A stretch of 64,000 nt of DNA from an uncultured Anaerolineae bacterium (lineage in GTDB: Bacteria > Chloroflexota > Anaerolineae > JAFGEY01): positions 33,977 through 97,976 of the forward strand of contig CAYRXM010000001.1 in assembly GCA_964428175.1 (NCBI GenBank), read 5' to 3'. Position 1 is the first letter of the stretch. Each line of letters opens with the position of its first letter. Below, piece after piece: positions 62,529 through 64,000 of this stretch. The notes under the pieces were generated by a model that saw only the letters and a list, made by a program, of their open reading frames with translations, ran no database searches and was not told the origin of the DNA. Position numbers and translations under genes: made by a program.

Positions 62529-63887
62529 TCATTCCCCATCCATCAACGGACCGGTGCCTTTTTTGCGCGTCTGCGCGTTGACGCCATTGGGCGGCACGTC
62601 GCCGGGCCAGAGCAGTGGCCCCGTTCCTTTGCGGCGTCCCACGGCTTCGATGGTCTGGGCCATCGGCTTTTTGGACACCGGCTGCGCGCCTCGGGCATGC
62701 GCGGCCTCGGTCTGCAAGGGCACGATCAATGAGACCAGCGTACCCCGGCCGGGCGCCGATTCGAGCGAGTATTTTGCGCCCAGCAGTTCGGCCCGTTCCC
62801 GCATGTTCAACAACCCCAGGCTGCCCCGATTGCCGTAGCCTCTCTGTGTCTCGGCCACATTGAAACCGTACCCGTTGTCACGCACGGCCACAATCAGGTC
62901 TTTGCTGCGCTTTTCGACAATGATCCAGGTGTCTTTGGCCTTGGCATGTTTTTTGATGTTGACCACCGCTTCGCGAATGATCGCAAAACAAAGCTCTTCG
63001 ATCTTGGCGGGCAGGCGTTCCTCGTCGAGGTTGCGCACGTCCAGGTGAACGTTGAGTCCCTCCACGTTGATCAGCCGCTCGGTATAGGTTTCCAGCGCGG
63101 CGCGCAGCCCCTGCGATTCCAGCACCAGCGGGCGCAGTTCGAACATGGTGTTGCGCACCTGGGCCAGCGTGCGTTGTGCGGTTTCGCGTAGTTTGACCAA
63201 CTCTTGCGGCACTTTGGCCGGTTCGTGCTCGTACAGTTTGTTGATAAAGTCAATTTCCATAATGATCGAGGCCAGCGTCTGTGCGGGGCCGTCGTGCAGA
63301 TCGCGGGCCAGTTTTTTGCGCTCCTGATCTTCGATGGCAATGATGCGATCTTTTTCAGATTCCAGTTCCTGGTACAGCCGCGCGTTGATGATCGACGTGG
63401 TGGCCTGGGCCGCCAGCGACATGAGAATGTCTCGATCCAGATCGTCGAACGGCTCGCCGGAGCGCTTGTTGATCACCTGGATGACGCCGATCTTTTCGGA
63501 AGCATTCATCATGGGCACCGTGATCAGAGAAAGCGTCACAAAGTCGGTGTTGCGGTCGACTTCGGGGTTAAAGCGGCTGTCCTGGGCCACATCGCTCGAA
63601 ATCACCGGCTCACAGTTGGTGAAAACCCAACCGGCAATGCCCTTGTTCGAAGCCATGCGATAGTCCAGCAGGTCGGGGTTTTGGGTGACGACAAAGACCA
63701 ACTCGTCGGATTTTTCATCCCACAACAGCAGAGAGCCTTGAGTGGCCTCAAGTACCTGGATGGCCGAATCGAGGATTTTGTGCAACAGCTTTTTCGCGTC
63801 TAGCTCAGAGGTCAACTCTTGGGCGATGGTCTGCACGGTTTGCAGCGCGGCCAATTGTCGACGGATATGCGCCTGATCGTTGGTCAT
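62529..63887 (-). CDS. GAF-domain sensor histidine kinase (HisKA_3 / NarL-partner type)
   Basis: GAF block, then H-box ERKKLARDLHDGPAQ and HATPase_c (EAVVNIKKHA, DNGYGF, LGLLNMRER). The start is either 63887 or 63908. Confidence 0.85.
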   Translation of the reverse strand: MTNDQAHIRRQLAALQTVQTIAQELTSELDAKKLLHKILDSAIQVLEATQGSLLLWDEKSDELVFVVTQNPDLLDYRMASNKGIAGWVFTNCEPVISSDVAQDSRFNPEVDRNTDFVTLSLITVPMMNASEKIGVIQVINKRSGEPFDDLDRDILMSLAAQATTSIINARLYQELESEKDRIIAIEDQERKKLARDLHDGPAQTLASIIMEIDFINKLYEHEPAKVPQELVKLRETAQRTLAQVRNTMFELRPLVLESQGLRAALETYTERLINVEGLNVHLDVRNLDEERLPAKIEELCFAIIREAVVNIKKHAKAKDTWIIVEKRSKDLIVAVRDNGYGFNVAETQRGYGNRGSLGLLNMRERAELLGAKYSLESAPGRGTLVSLIVPLQTEAAHARGAQPVSKKPMAQTIEAVGRRKGTGPLLWPGDVPPNGVNAQTRKKGTGPLMDGE

Positions 63888-64000
63888 AAGTACGCTCCAG
63901 CTTGGCATTCATCAGGCATTATACCACCTTTTGAATCGCTTGGCTAGTACTCAAGTCCTATCGGGCGCATTTCAATCCTGGGGCGAGTTTTTGAGGAGTC

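Overview
GC-rich bacterial chromosomal window. PT-rich linkers, PurO, HisZ and a RibXY-like importer hint at a Chloroflexota-like organism, but this is inference only. I support about 50 protein genes, tRNA-Arg(CCG), tRNA-Leu(UAG) and a tmRNA. I saw no rRNA, CRISPR, transposase or integrase. In order, the window holds: a phosphorelay cluster (hybrid HK, multi-GAF HK, CheY); an alpha/beta-fold protein lacking its nucleophile Ser; three translationally coupled membrane proteins resembling degenerate complex-I/Mrp antiporter subunits; a lipoprotein with five tandem Cys-bracketed repeats; DUF362 plus PrsW; a minus-strand SDR, nitroreductase, adenylate-forming enzyme, PurO, SMP-30-like cluster with a divergent TetR; a CUT2 sugar ABC importer followed by a soluble histidine kinase whose only sensor domain is a degenerate ABC ATPase domain, convergent with a REC-HTH-REC regulator; hisZGD; an FMN riboswitch ahead of a RibXY-like ABC importer and a flavin reductase; two APC permease paralogs; and ask-thrC-gdh-serA. 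The non-coding DNA is unusually structured. It contains at least four families of short TIR-bearing (MITE-like) repeats, one of which sits in-frame inside a CDS. It also contains a family of GAAACC(A/T)GG hairpins, candidate leader-peptide attenuators upstream of hisZ and serA, a 24-codon Lys-rich micro-ORF with its own promoter, RBS and terminator, and a 154-bp identical patch shared by the two diverged permease paralogs. The most novel-looking item is the ABC-NBD/histidine-kinase fusion. All calls come from reading the sequence and ORF track by eye; nothing was folded or searched computationally.
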